Below, piece after piece: positions 7,940 to 17,117 of a DNA stretch of 24,000 nucleotides. The notes under the pieces are model-generated. The model ran no database searches. It was not told the origin of the DNA and was given only the letters and a program-made list of their open reading frames with translations. The position numbers were made by a program, and so were the translations under genes. The stretch is from an uncultured Holophagae bacterium (GTDB lineage: Bacteria; Acidobacteriota; Holophagae; Thermotomaculales; Thermotomaculaceae). The number at the start of each line of letters is the position of its first letter. The first letter of the stretch is position 1. The stretch is taken from NCBI GenBank assembly GCA_964506215.1, contig CAZDKZ010000003.1:45973-69972 (forward strand), read 5' to 3'.

Positions 7940-8039
7940 GTCTCCTTTCCAGGAAAGTAGCTGGTTGAGCGTTATTCTAGCATCAGTCGGCTTTTATCTG
8001 ACTATTGAATGGCAATATAAAATGGGGGATGAAATCCGT

Positions 8040-8069
8040 TTGACAAAGGGTGAAAGCGTGACCTATAGT
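8040..8069 (+). promoter_or_regulatory. Sigma70-type promoter for the ferredoxin gene
   Basis: TTGACA (8040-8045), an 18-nt spacer, then TATAGT (8064-8069). AGGAGG (8086-8091) follows, 5 nt before ATG 8097. Confidence 0.6.
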
Positions 8070-8096
8070 GTATGTGACATTGCTTAGGAGGAACAT

Positions 8097-8270
8097 ATGG
8101 CTCATTTCATTGATGACGAATGCATCTCATGTGGTGCATGTATGGCTGAATGCCCGGTAGAAGCAATCTCCGAAGGTGAAGACAAGTACGTAATTGATGC
8201 AGATGCCTGCACGGATTGCGGTGCCTGTGTGGACGTATGCCCCACCAGCGCCATTCATCCGGGACAGTGA
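8097..8270 (+). CDS. Clostridial-type 2x[4Fe-4S] ferredoxin (57 aa). It is below the ORF-track length cut-off.
   Basis: My translation is MAHFIDDECISCGACMAECPVEAISEGEDKYVIDADACTDCGACVDVCPTSAIHPGQ*. It contains two CxxCxxCxxxCP motifs, has a strong RBS and promoter upstream, and has a terminator downstream. Confidence 0.9.
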   Translation: MAHFIDDECISCGACMAECPVEAISEGEDKYVIDADACTDCGACVDVCPTSAIHPGQ

Positions 8271-8300
8271 TTCTCCTGACAGAATCAACGTTCTGACCGA

Positions 8301-8340
8301 AAAAAAGAGGGAGGCAAATGCCTCCCTCTTTATTTTCTGT
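8301..8340. terminator. Bidirectional rho-independent terminator between the ferredoxin gene (+) and dsbD (-)
   Basis: A 10-bp stem, AGAGGGAGGC (8306-8315) / GCCTCCCTCT (8320-8329), has loop AAAT. It is flanked by an A-run (8301-8305) on one side and TTATTTTCTGTTTATT on the other, so each strand's transcript ends in a U-rich tract. Confidence 0.85.
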
Positions 8341-8351
8341 TTATTATCAGG

Positions 8352-10043
8352 TTAGCGGGCCTGTGCCTCTTCCATCAGCTTCAGGAAGTCTTCCGCATTC
8401 CGAAAACCAACAAAGCGGCCCTTTTCCGTTCCATCCGGGGCCAGGAATACCACGGTTGGCAGTCCGTACACCGTGTATCGGTCCTGGAAAACCTTTCCTT
8501 CCGCCGAGGTCCTGGTGAAGTCCAGTTTCAGGAGGATGCCGGAAGTTGCCAGCTTATGCTTCACGTCAGCGTCTGCCCAGGTGTATTCGTCCAGTTCCTT
8601 GCAAGCCGCACACCAGTCCGCGTAGAAATCCAGTACCACCAGCTTGTCCTCGACCTTTGCCTGGTCAAGCGCTTCGGTGAGCGCCGCTTCATAGCTGATC
8701 ACGCCGTGATCCGTATCCCCTTTCAGGAACTGCACGCCGATGAGTCCCGCAAGGAATACCAGTAACAGGACAATGCCGGTGGTCTTGTTGACCAGTCGGG
8801 ACAGGAATAGCGCCATCAATAGCGGCAGAACGGCGAGGATCATTGCCGGGTAGAAATAATTGCCCAGGACGGGTTTGGCAAACAATACCGCGGCCAGGAA
8901 GAACATGATACCGAAGACATACTTGACCTTGATCATCCAACCACCGGCCTTGGGCAACGATGCCATGACGCCGGAGAACGTGCCGATCAGAATGAACAGA
9001 ACGCCCATACCCAATGCAAAGTCAAACAGGAACAGGAAACCTTTGAAGGTGGAACCGGTCTGGGCCACCCATCCCAGCAGCACAACAATAATGGGGCCCA
9101 CACACGGCGCTGCCAGCACACCGGTGGCCATACCCATGAGAAATGCCCCCAGGAGACCTTTCCGCTGGACCTGGAGCTTTGAGTTCAGGGAGGCCGGGAG
9201 TTGAATATCATAGAAACCGAACATGCTTAATCCCATTGCAATAAAAATGAACGCCAGCACCGTGATAAAAATCGGATGCTGGGCCAGCGAACCGAACACC
9301 GAGCCGGTCTTCGCCGAGATGATGCCCAGTACCGAATACGTTGTTGCAATCCCCAGAACGAGCATAACAGAGAGGATAAAGCCGCGGAACTTCTTGCCTT
9401 CGCTACGTGCTCCCACATAGGCAACCGTCAGCGGGATGACCGGATAGACACAGGGTGTCAGGCTGGCACCGATACCACCAACGAAGATGATCAGGAGTGC
9501 CAGGAGCATGCTGGAACCCAGCGCAGCGGTCAACCGGTCAGCCAACGTCTGTTTGCCGGCTTCCACAACAATTTTCAGATTACCGGAAACGTCCACCGGT
9601 GGGAAGCACATGGGATTCTCCCCTTCCGAGCAGGACTGGAAGGTTACCGTAAAGGGCACTTCTGTACCGGCTTTTAACGGTACCAGTGCCACATCCACAT
9701 GGATGGTGCCACCCAGGACCTCGCCCAGGATACTGGCCTCGCCCTCGGGTAAATGCACTTCTACCAGTTTGAACGATTCGTCCACGGGTGTGATTTCAAA
9801 CAGTTCCTTTGTAATATGGTAGCCTTCGGGAATATCCATTTTCAACTTAACCTGGACAATTTCCCGCGTCCGTGCGGTTTCCGGCAATTGGATGGCGGTG
9901 ATTGTGACATCGGTTGCGGGGTCAAAGTCCCCCGGTCCAAATGGCAGGTCCACGCCGCCTGTCTGAGCAAACACGGGAATTGCCAGCAGGAACGCGATCA
10001 ATGCGGAAAACAAGTGCGATCTCAGTTTCTCAGTTCTTACCAT
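8352..10043 (-). CDS. dsbD: Thiol:disulfide interchange protein DsbD with all three domains (alpha, beta, gamma)
   Basis: The signal peptide is MVRTEKLRSHLFSALIAFLLAIPVFAQ. The alpha domain has FQSCSEGENPMCFPP (compare E. coli YQGCADAGFCYPP). The membrane core has LTPCVYPVIPL and APCVGPII. The C-terminal thioredoxin fold has VVLDFYADWCAACKELDEYTW. The start is ATG 10043 with GGAGGA 5 nt upstream. The tracked extension to 10184 lies inside the upstream gene. Confidence 0.9.
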   Translation of the reverse strand: MVRTEKLRSHLFSALIAFLLAIPVFAQTGGVDLPFGPGDFDPATDVTITAIQLPETARTREIVQVKLKMDIPEGYHITKELFEITPVDESFKLVEVHLPEGEASILGEVLGGTIHVDVALVPLKAGTEVPFTVTFQSCSEGENPMCFPPVDVSGNLKIVVEAGKQTLADRLTAALGSSMLLALLIIFVGGIGASLTPCVYPVIPLTVAYVGARSEGKKFRGFILSVMLVLGIATTYSVLGIISAKTGSVFGSLAQHPIFITVLAFIFIAMGLSMFGFYDIQLPASLNSKLQVQRKGLLGAFLMGMATGVLAAPCVGPIIVVLLGWVAQTGSTFKGFLFLFDFALGMGVLFILIGTFSGVMASLPKAGGWMIKVKYVFGIMFFLAAVLFAKPVLGNYFYPAMILAVLPLLMALFLSRLVNKTTGIVLLLVFLAGLIGVQFLKGDTDHGVISYEAALTEALDQAKVEDKLVVLDFYADWCAACKELDEYTWADADVKHKLATSGILLKLDFTRTSAEGKVFQDRYTVYGLPTVVFLAPDGTEKGRFVGFRNAEDFLKLMEEAQAR

Positions 10044-11262
10044 CTGTATCCTCCAATGCGCGATAAAGTAGTTCGACAATGTGTACCACCGGATTCTGCA
10101 TGCCGTTCCGGCGCAGGGCATCCGTGATCTGGATAACGCAACCGGGACAGGATGTGACCACGGTTGGCTCGTTTGTACGGACATCCCTGCCCGTTTGTTC
10201 GATTTGACTGGCCTTCATGTCCCCAATCTGCCGCGACAGGTCGGATTCGAAGACCGAAAAGCTGCCACCGAAGCCGCAGCAACTGACCGCCTGGTCCAAC
10301 CCGACGACGTCAGCAAACAGGGACAGGAGTTCCCGTGGCTGTTGGCGGACGCCCTGGTGCTTGGCCAGGTGGCACGGATCATGGTAAATGACCGGGACTT
10401 TTTCTTCAAGCTGAACCAGCCCGGCTGACTGCAGCGCATCCATTTCCGCCACCAGCAGTTCATTGATATCCAGTATTCGCAGGTTGGCAAACTGTTCCGT
10501 GTACAACTGTTTCAACCGGCTGCCGCAGGTTGCGCAACCGGTAACCAGGTATTGAATCCTGTCCGTATAGCTGCTGATCACCGACCGGTTTTCCGCTGCC
10601 AGCCTGTCCGCGGTTGTCCGATCCCCCGCTGATTCATGGGGAAATCCGCAACAGACCTGCTTATCGTCAACATACACGCCGATCCCGATTCGGTTCAGGA
10701 TGTGCACCAGTTTCCGACCGGTACCGGAGTAGAGGTAACGGGTTGAACAACCGGGAAAATAGAGAACATCAAACCGTTTTTCCCCGGTGGCCTCAAAATA
10801 CCCCCCCGGATGCTGCAGTCCGACGGTGTCCGGTTTTGGCCAGTGGCGGTTCATGAAGGGCAGTTTCAATGTCAGGCCGCTGGATTCCGGGACAAGATCC
10901 GCCAGCCCGGCAGCGAATGCCCAGTTGCGGTTGTCCGCCATCATCTTCAGACCGAGTCGCTTCAGGCCGCTTTCACCGCCTTCCACCAGTGCCTTCTCCC
11001 GGGCGGAGGCGAGAATTTCCAGTATGGGTACATTCCGGGGGCAGGCATGCTGGCAACTGCCGCACATGACGCATTGTTTGAGCAGCTTAACGGTTTCCCG
11101 GCTGAACCGCTCCCCGTCCCGGTACAGGTACTGGAGGATACCCAGTTTTCCACGTGCGGCTCCCCCCTCCCCGTTTGTGACAGCAAAAACGGGACAAACA
11201 TGTCTGCAGGTTCCGCATTTAACACATTGTTCCAGCGACTGAATACCCGGTGTTTCTGTCAT
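10030..11262 (-). CDS. (Fe-S)-binding oxidoreductase of the GlcF/GlpC/HdrD family: two ferredoxin-type 4Fe-4S motifs plus two CCG cysteine-rich domains
   Basis: CVKCGTCRHVCP and CVMCGSCQHACP are the ferredoxin-type motifs. The CCG domains are YFPGCSTRY...VCCGFP...GCATCG and YHDPCHL...SCCGFGGSFS...SCPGCVIQ. ATG 11262 forms an ATGA overlap with the rsmB stop. Confidence 0.8.
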   Translation of the reverse strand: MTETPGIQSLEQCVKCGTCRHVCPVFAVTNGEGGAARGKLGILQYLYRDGERFSRETVKLLKQCVMCGSCQHACPRNVPILEILASAREKALVEGGESGLKRLGLKMMADNRNWAFAAGLADLVPESSGLTLKLPFMNRHWPKPDTVGLQHPGGYFEATGEKRFDVLYFPGCSTRYLYSGTGRKLVHILNRIGIGVYVDDKQVCCGFPHESAGDRTTADRLAAENRSVISSYTDRIQYLVTGCATCGSRLKQLYTEQFANLRILDINELLVAEMDALQSAGLVQLEEKVPVIYHDPCHLAKHQGVRQQPRELLSLFADVVGLDQAVSCCGFGGSFSVFESDLSRQIGDMKASQIEQTGRDVRTNEPTVVTSCPGCVIQITDALRRNGMQNPVVHIVELLYRALEDTDGKN

Positions 11263-12557
11263 GGTACGCGCTTTTCGATCATGGCGACAAAGAAGCCGTC
11301 CAGGTACTTGTCCGGCAACACGCGGAGACAGCGGTTATGATGCAGTGATCCGCCAAATGCAGCCGCCACATCTTCCGATGCATAGCGGAACGGGTTCACC
11401 AGCACGGCTTCCGGTGTATCACAAACAAACGGCAAAACGATATCCTCCCCCTCGTCCCGCTCAAGGGAACAGGTGGCATACACCAGCACGCCACCGGGTT
11501 TGACCAGGTCAAATGAACGACGTATCAACTTGCTCTGAAGCCTGGAGCGATTGTGGATATCGGATTCCGTCCGGATCCATCGCAATTCGGGATGACCGGA
11601 CAGGGTGCCCGTACCGGAACAGGGGGCATCCAGCAATACGGCGTCCATGGATGCCCTTCTGAACGGCGGGTTGGTGGTGTCTGAGCACACCGGGGTGAGA
11701 ATGTTGATGTTCAGGTCCCGGCTGTTTTCGAGAATCCGATCCATTCTGTCCCGCGATATGTCATTGAAGATCACGTTTTGAATGCCATCCCATCCGCAAA
11801 GGATCAACCCCTTTCCACCGGGAGAAGATGCTGCATCCAGCACCCACGCTCCCTTGAAGTTACGGAGAAGTTCGGGAACCAGCTGGGATGATTCATTCAT
11901 CACGTAGCAGTTGCCCGCACGCATCATGTATACCGGCAGGTTCGCCTCCACGGCGTCGGGCAGATAGGGGGTGGCGTGGAACATGCCTTCCTGGTCCAGG
12001 ACGCCGGTGTCACCGAATCGTCTGAATACCATGGGTTTTCGCAGGTTCAATGATTTCATGATCTGGAAAGCTGTTTCCTGACCATACTGGCTGATCCAGC
12101 GCAACCCCATCCAGTAGGGGAATGAGAGGGATCCGGTGATATAGGATTCCATGTTTTCCGGCCCGGGATATGCGATCGTTTCCCGGTCACGACTGATACC
12201 CTTGAGCACGGCATTGACGAAACCACCCGGTTTCTTGCCGAATCGTCTCTTGGCGATCTCAACCGTCTCATAAATCACCGCATAATCCGGAATCCGCGTG
12301 AGATAGAACAACTGGTACACCGCTGTCAGCAACAGCAGCCAGACGCGCTTGTCGGTTTTATCCGGATCCGATTTACGGGCCAGTGCATGCCCCAGCCGAC
12401 CTTTGTACCGGCTGACACCATACACAATTTCCACCACCAGCCGCCGGTCCCGTTCATCTTTTACCTTTTCAAACAGGTAGGGATAACAGTCCGTTACCAG
12501 TTTGTGCTGGTAAATGACCTGTTGGAGAATTTCAAAGGCGGTTTCCCTGGCAGACAT
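11259..12557 (-). CDS. rsmB: 16S rRNA (cytosine-C5)-methyltransferase RsmB/Sun (NusB-like N-domain plus SAM methyltransferase domain)
   Basis: The N-terminus ARETAFEILQQVIYQ... is NusB-like. The methyltransferase motifs are VLDAASSPGGKG, DAVLLDAPCSGTGTLSGHPELRW and VLVYATCSLERDEGE. Confidence 0.88.
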   Translation of the reverse strand: MSARETAFEILQQVIYQHKLVTDCYPYLFEKVKDERDRRLVVEIVYGVSRYKGRLGHALARKSDPDKTDKRVWLLLLTAVYQLFYLTRIPDYAVIYETVEIAKRRFGKKPGGFVNAVLKGISRDRETIAYPGPENMESYITGSLSFPYWMGLRWISQYGQETAFQIMKSLNLRKPMVFRRFGDTGVLDQEGMFHATPYLPDAVEANLPVYMMRAGNCYVMNESSQLVPELLRNFKGAWVLDAASSPGGKGLILCGWDGIQNVIFNDISRDRMDRILENSRDLNINILTPVCSDTTNPPFRRASMDAVLLDAPCSGTGTLSGHPELRWIRTESDIHNRSRLQSKLIRRSFDLVKPGGVLVYATCSLERDEGEDIVLPFVCDTPEAVLVNPFRYASEDVAAAFGGSLHHNRCLRVLPDKYLDGFFVAMIEKRVP

Positions 12558-12635
12558 GGGTTGGCTACTCCGAAACGTAAGATTGTGATTCTTTTTAAAA
12601 CGGTCGCGATCCGTTCTATGGTTCAGCTTGCGATT

Positions 12636-12881
12636 CTAGCACAGTCGGGCCGGAAGCGAGAGAATGGTCACCCACCCTTCCCCCTCCAGGGATTCCAACA
12701 GGGACAGGATGTCCGCCTGTTGATCAGACAGGAACGTGATCCGCACCCGACCCGGGTTGTCCGGCATGGTGGTGCATCTGCCCAAACCTTCGTATGATTC
12801 CAGTGTGACACGGAGCCGCACAATGTCCGATGGCTGCAGCTCCACATCAACGAAACGGGTTTCAGCAACGGACAACGGCAC
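12636..12881 (-). CDS. Small conserved hypothetical protein, DUF4911-like (81 aa)
   Basis: A GTG start at 12881 overlaps the U32 stop by 20 nt. The segment DIVRLRVTLESYEGLGRCTTMPDNPGRVRITF resembles my recollection of the DUF4911 family (an ...LEGYDGL... core, ~80 aa, often next to U32 genes). This assignment is from memory and is not verified. Confidence 0.55.
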   Translation of the reverse strand: MPLSVAETRFVDVELQPSDIVRLRVTLESYEGLGRCTTMPDNPGRVRITFLSDQQADILSLLESLEGEGWVTILSLPARLC

Positions 12882-14070
12882 CCTCCATCACGGTCGGCAT
12901 GCCCGGAATCAAGACCCGATCCCCGGGGTTTCCCTGTTCCAGGGGTGCCCCTTCCGAAGCCTGGATCCGCTGGACCACCGCGGCGGTCCGTTTCAAGCCT
13001 GGTTCCAGGAACTCAATACGGGTACCGGTTCGCAACGGGTTCTTCAATGAGATTTCCACAGCATCCGGCAGTATTCGGGTGACAATCCCGACCAGTGCAT
13101 GTTGATTGGCATACACAGTGGATTCCATACGAACATGGTCATCAGCAGATCCGTCCAGGAATGCAGTGGTAAACTCACGGTTACTGACCTTTCCCAGTTC
13201 TTCCAGAAAGCCGGGAACAGCCTGATGGAACAATTCCAGGCCACCGGATTTCAACAGATCCAGTGCGGTCCGGTATGCGTCAATGGTTGCTGCCACATAA
13301 TGAACCGATTTCATCCGCCCTTCCACTTTGAGGGACTGCACACCGGTTTTCACCACGCGATCCAGTAACGGCAGGGCACACAGGTCCCGGGAATTGAAAA
13401 CATAGGTGCCCCGTTCGTCCTCCTCAATTGGAAAGTGCATTCCCGGTCTCCGGGATTCTTCCAGGACACGGTAGGACCAGCGGCAGCTCTGGGCGCAGTC
13501 TCCCTGGTTGGCGTCCCGACCCGTCATGTGATGGGACAGGTAACATCGGCCCGAATAGGAGATACACATGGCCCCGTGGATAAACATTTCCAGTTCACCG
13601 GAAATGCCGGATGCCATCTCCGTGATTTGCGGAATTGACAATTCACGGGCCAGTACGATGCGTTTGACGCCGTTGTTGAACCAGAATTCCGCGGATGACC
13701 GGTTGATCACATTGGCCTGGGTACTGAGGTGTATCGGAATTTCAGGGCAATGTGCACGGACACCGGCCAGTACCCCGGGATCGGAGACGATGATTGCGTC
13801 GGGGCCAATTTCATTCAGGGATCTGAACGCGGATTCCATGTTGTGAAGATCATCATCCCGGGGAATGATGTTCATGGCTGCATACAGTTTCACACCTGCC
13901 TGCTGGCAATCGTCACGGGCCTCACGGAGTTCTGCCAGTGTGAAGTTTCCAGCCCGGGCACGCAACGAAAAGCCCTCCACACCGGCATACACGGCGTCCG
14001 CGCCATACCGGATGGCTGTTTTCAGCTTTTCCATGTTCCCGGCCGGGGCCAGCAATTCGGGTATCTTCAC
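12862..14070 (-). CDS. Peptidase U32 family protein (the family of YegQ/TrhP, YrrO, RlhA and UbiU/V hydroxylase-type enzymes)
   Basis: ELLAPAGNMEKLKTAIRYGADAVYAG..., IHLSTQANV, VLARELS and GAMCISYSGRCYLSHHMTGRDANQGDCAQSCR (a Cys-rich Fe-S-type motif) are present. GTG 14070 forms a GTGA overlap with the mltG stop. Confidence 0.88.
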   Translation of the reverse strand: MKIPELLAPAGNMEKLKTAIRYGADAVYAGVEGFSLRARAGNFTLAELREARDDCQQAGVKLYAAMNIIPRDDDLHNMESAFRSLNEIGPDAIIVSDPGVLAGVRAHCPEIPIHLSTQANVINRSSAEFWFNNGVKRIVLARELSIPQITEMASGISGELEMFIHGAMCISYSGRCYLSHHMTGRDANQGDCAQSCRWSYRVLEESRRPGMHFPIEEDERGTYVFNSRDLCALPLLDRVVKTGVQSLKVEGRMKSVHYVAATIDAYRTALDLLKSGGLELFHQAVPGFLEELGKVSNREFTTAFLDGSADDHVRMESTVYANQHALVGIVTRILPDAVEISLKNPLRTGTRIEFLEPGLKRTAAVVQRIQASEGAPLEQGNPGDRVLIPGMPTVMEGAVVRC

Positions 14071-15083
14071 CGGCTTCTCCGTTTCCGCCAGTATTGCACC
14101 TGGTATTCGTTTACCTTTCGCTGATGCTCTTTGTAGGTTTCCGAGAAGTCATGGGTCCCATCATTCCGCGAAACGAAGTACAAATAGTCGGTAGAAGCGG
14201 GATGGAACACGGCCGCCAGGGCTTCGGCACCGGGATTTGCAATCGGGCCCGGTGGCAGTCCCCGTCGGCGATAGGTATTGTACGGATGGTCCATTTCCAG
14301 GTCGCGTTTCCGGATGTTTCCGTCCCACCGTCCCTCGAGTATCAGGGCATAGATGACGGTCGGGTCGCAATCCATCCGCATATTCTTAACCAGCCGGTTC
14401 CAGAAAACGGATGCGATTAAGGGACGCTCTTCCGGTGCACCGGTTTCCTTTTCCACCAGTGAAGCCATGGTGATGAGTTCCAGCGGAGTCAGTTCCTTTG
14501 GAAGTTCCGGTGCGGACTCGGCTATTTTTCGAAAACGGGACGCAAATTCCCCTGACATGTGCTCCAGCACATCCTTGGCAGTTGCTGTTTCCGGAAATCG
14601 GTAGGTATTCGGAAACAACCATCCCTCCAGGGTGCCCCGGGGCTGCGGTGTTACCGGTTTCAGCAGGTCTGGATGGTTGAACCAGTGGAGATAATCCGGC
14701 ATCGTTCCCAGGCCGTGGGAAACCAGCAGCTGGAATGTTTCCATGTGATGGAGCCCCTCGGGAATGGTAACCTGGACCATCCGATCTCTCCCGGTAGTCA
14801 ATTCCTGGAGAACTTCCTGCATGGTATACATACCGTCAAACTGGTAATATCCGGCCTTGATCTGCCTGTCGAGACGGAACAGCCTGGCCCCGATCTTGAA
14901 CACCAGCGGATGGGGGGCAATGCCGACTGCCACGGCATTCTGTGAAATGGCTGTCAGCGATTCACCACGGCGGATTTCCAATTGTGCCTGGACATGCCTG
15001 GGTTTCATGTAAAGCTGAAAAAATCCCACGTATAGTAATGAAAATGAGATAATTATCAGTATTGGGACCAGGATTCGTTTCAC
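14067..15083 (-). CDS. mltG: Endolytic murein transglycosylase MltG (YceG family)
   Basis: The N-terminal TM is ILVPILIIISFSLLYVGFF. Also present are MASLVEKETGAPEERPLIASVFWNRL, MDCDPTVIYAL, YNTYRRRGLPPGPIANPG and YLYFVSRNDGTHDFSETYKEH. The start is GTG with AAGGAAG upstream. Confidence 0.92.
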   Translation of the reverse strand: MKRILVPILIIISFSLLYVGFFQLYMKPRHVQAQLEIRRGESLTAISQNAVAVGIAPHPLVFKIGARLFRLDRQIKAGYYQFDGMYTMQEVLQELTTGRDRMVQVTIPEGLHHMETFQLLVSHGLGTMPDYLHWFNHPDLLKPVTPQPRGTLEGWLFPNTYRFPETATAKDVLEHMSGEFASRFRKIAESAPELPKELTPLELITMASLVEKETGAPEERPLIASVFWNRLVKNMRMDCDPTVIYALILEGRWDGNIRKRDLEMDHPYNTYRRRGLPPGPIANPGAEALAAVFHPASTDYLYFVSRNDGTHDFSETYKEHQRKVNEYQVQYWRKRRSR

Positions 15084-15125
15084 GATATCTTCCTTGTTCG
15101 GGTCAACTGGAAATTGTGGATCGGT

Positions 15126-16934
15126 TCAGGATTCTTCCTCGTTGATTTTGAGGATGGCCATAAACGCATCCTGCGGAATATCCACCTTACCAACAGATTT
15201 CATCCGTTTCTTACCGGCCTTCTGTTTCTCCAGGAGCTTGCGTTTCCGGGTGATATCCCCGCCGTAACACTTGGCCAGTACATTTTTCCGCAATGCTTTC
15301 ACCGTGGTTCGGGCGATGACCCGTCTGCCGATGGCCGCCTGGATGGCCACTTCAAACATCTGGCGGGGTATCAATTCCTTCATTTTCCGGGTCAATGCCT
15401 GTGCCCGGTAAAAGGCCTTGTCCTGGTGAACGATAATGGAAAGTGCGTCCACCGGATCGCCATTGACCAGGATGTCCAGCTTGACCAGCTTGGATTCCCG
15501 CATGCCGTCAATGCTGTAGTCAAACGAAGCATAGCCCCGGGAGATGGATTTCAGCTTGTCATAGAAATCCAGGACAATTTCATTGAGTGGCAATTCGTAT
15601 TCGATCAGAACCCGGTCGCTGGACACATATTCCAGCCGTTTCTGGATGCCCCGGCGGTCAATACAGAGTTTGAGGATGTTCCCAACGAAATCCGACCGGG
15701 TGACGATGGTTGCGGTAACCACGGGTTCTTCGATGGATCGGATTTCCTGCTGATCCGGCAACTTGGACGGGTTGGAGATGTTAATCACTTCCCCGTCGGT
15801 TCGGGTCACCCGGTATTCCACACCGGGTGCGGTGGAGATCAGGTCCAGGTCATATTCCCGTTCCAGCCGCTCCTGGGTGATTTCCAGGTGCAGGAGGCCG
15901 AGGAAACCGCATCGGAAACCAAACCCCAGTGCATCGGAGGATTCCGGCTCAAACACGAAGGCGGAATCATTCAGTTGGAGCTTCTCCACGGCATCCCGCA
16001 GGTCGGTATACTGGACATTGTCCGTGGGAAACAGGGAAGAGAATACCACCGGTTTCATTTCCTTGAAGCCGGGCAACGGCTTGTCTGTTTCATTACCGGA
16101 TTCGGTAATGGTATCGCCGATCTTGGTGTCCCGGAGGTTCTTGATACCTGCGATCACATAGCCCACCTCGCCGGCGGACAGGCTCTTCTGTTTGGTCATT
16201 TTGGGTGAAAATACGCCCACTTCGTCCACTTCACAGGTGCGATCCGTGGCCATCAGGCGCACTTTCATGCCCGGACGAATGGTGCCGTTGAAAACGCGGC
16301 ACAGGATAATCACGCCCCGATAGGCGTCAAACCAGGAATCGAAGATCAATGCCGAAAGGGGCACATCCGGGTCCCCGGTAGGTGCAGGAATGCACCGGAT
16401 AATGCTCTCCAGGACACAGTCGATGCCCTCCCCTGTTTTGGCGGAGACCAGGCATCCGTCTGAAGCGTCCAGACCGATTACCTGCTCAATCTGCTCCATG
16501 ATCCGTTCCGGTTCAGCGGACGGCAGGTCAATCTTGTTCAATACCGGTAAGAGTTCCAGGTCCCCTTCAATGGCCAGGTAGGTGTTGGCCAGGGTCTGCG
16601 CCTCCACGCCCTGGGTGGCATCCACAACCAGGACTGCTCCTTCGCAGGCTTTCAGGCTGCGGGAAACCTCGTAGGAAAAATCCACGTGTCCCGGGGTGTC
16701 GATCAGGTTCAGGATGTAGTTTTCTCCGTTCGCCGCGCGATACTTGACGGTTACCGCACGGGCCTTGATGGTAATTCCCCGTTCCCGTTCCAGTTCCATG
16801 TCATCCAGTATCTGTTCCTTCATATCCCGTTTCTGCACGGCCTCGGTACGTTCCAGGATACGGTCAGCCAGCGTGGATTTCCCATGGTCGATGTGGGCAA
16901 TAATGGAAAAATTGCGAATTCTGGAAATGCTCAC
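15126..16934 (-). CDS. lepA: Translation elongation factor 4 (LepA/EF4)
   Basis: [39 protein letters not shown] and NKIDLPSA are present, plus the LepA-specific C-terminus ...[17 protein letters not shown]. The start is GTG 16934 with AGGAGG 4 nt upstream. Confidence 0.97.
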   Translation of the reverse strand: MSISRIRNFSIIAHIDHGKSTLADRILERTEAVQKRDMKEQILDDMELERERGITIKARAVTVKYRAANGENYILNLIDTPGHVDFSYEVSRSLKACEGAVLVVDATQGVEAQTLANTYLAIEGDLELLPVLNKIDLPSAEPERIMEQIEQVIGLDASDGCLVSAKTGEGIDCVLESIIRCIPAPTGDPDVPLSALIFDSWFDAYRGVIILCRVFNGTIRPGMKVRLMATDRTCEVDEVGVFSPKMTKQKSLSAGEVGYVIAGIKNLRDTKIGDTITESGNETDKPLPGFKEMKPVVFSSLFPTDNVQYTDLRDAVEKLQLNDSAFVFEPESSDALGFGFRCGFLGLLHLEITQERLEREYDLDLISTAPGVEYRVTRTDGEVINISNPSKLPDQQEIRSIEEPVVTATIVTRSDFVGNILKLCIDRRGIQKRLEYVSSDRVLIEYELPLNEIVLDFYDKLKSISRGYASFDYSIDGMRESKLVKLDILVNGDPVDALSIIVHQDKAFYRAQALTRKMKELIPRQMFEVAIQAAIGRRVIARTTVKALRKNVLAKCYGGDITRKRKLLEKQKAGKKRMKSVGKVDIPQDAFMAILKINEEES

Positions 16935-17117
16935 AAGACCTCCTTGTCTCCGGGAAACGATAGCAGAGAGTATGTGTTGAAGTCAATCTGATTGGTGACA
17001 ATACGCACCCTTATTGTAAGGGTCTTCGGGAGGTACATGAACGGAAAGAACTGGGTAAACCCGCTCTTTTTGGTTATAATTCGTTTATCTGAATACACGC
17101 ACAAACGGGAGGCGTTC

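Noticed and set aside
7940-8039. An aromatic-amino-acid attenuator, T-box, tRNA or small ORF in the aroB/ferredoxin divergent region.
   Set aside because: Only 4-6-bp palindromes are present (for example CTTTCC-a-GGAAAG over the aroB RBS). There is no cloverleaf or leader peptide with Trp/Phe/Tyr codons. The only ORF (21 aa, MGDEIRLTKGESVTYSVCDIA) has no RBS and overlaps the ferredoxin promoter.
10044-10184. An N-terminal extension of dsbD to 610 aa.
   Set aside because: It lies wholly inside the Fe-S gene. ATG 10043 has a GGAGGA RBS and is immediately followed by a canonical signal peptide.
12558-12635. A possible terminator or promoter in the 78-nt gap before rsmB (minus-strand AACGG-aucgcga-CCGUU followed by UUAAAAA).
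   Set aside because: The stem is only 5-6 bp with a poor U-tract, and there are no convincing -35/-10 hexamers. Read-through from the U32/DUF4911 genes is the simpler interpretation.
15114-16208. A 364-aa + strand ORF antisense to lepA.
   Set aside because: It has the same codon-aligned antisense phase (15114 and the lepA codons share phase), its sequence is low-information, and lepA on the other strand is certain.
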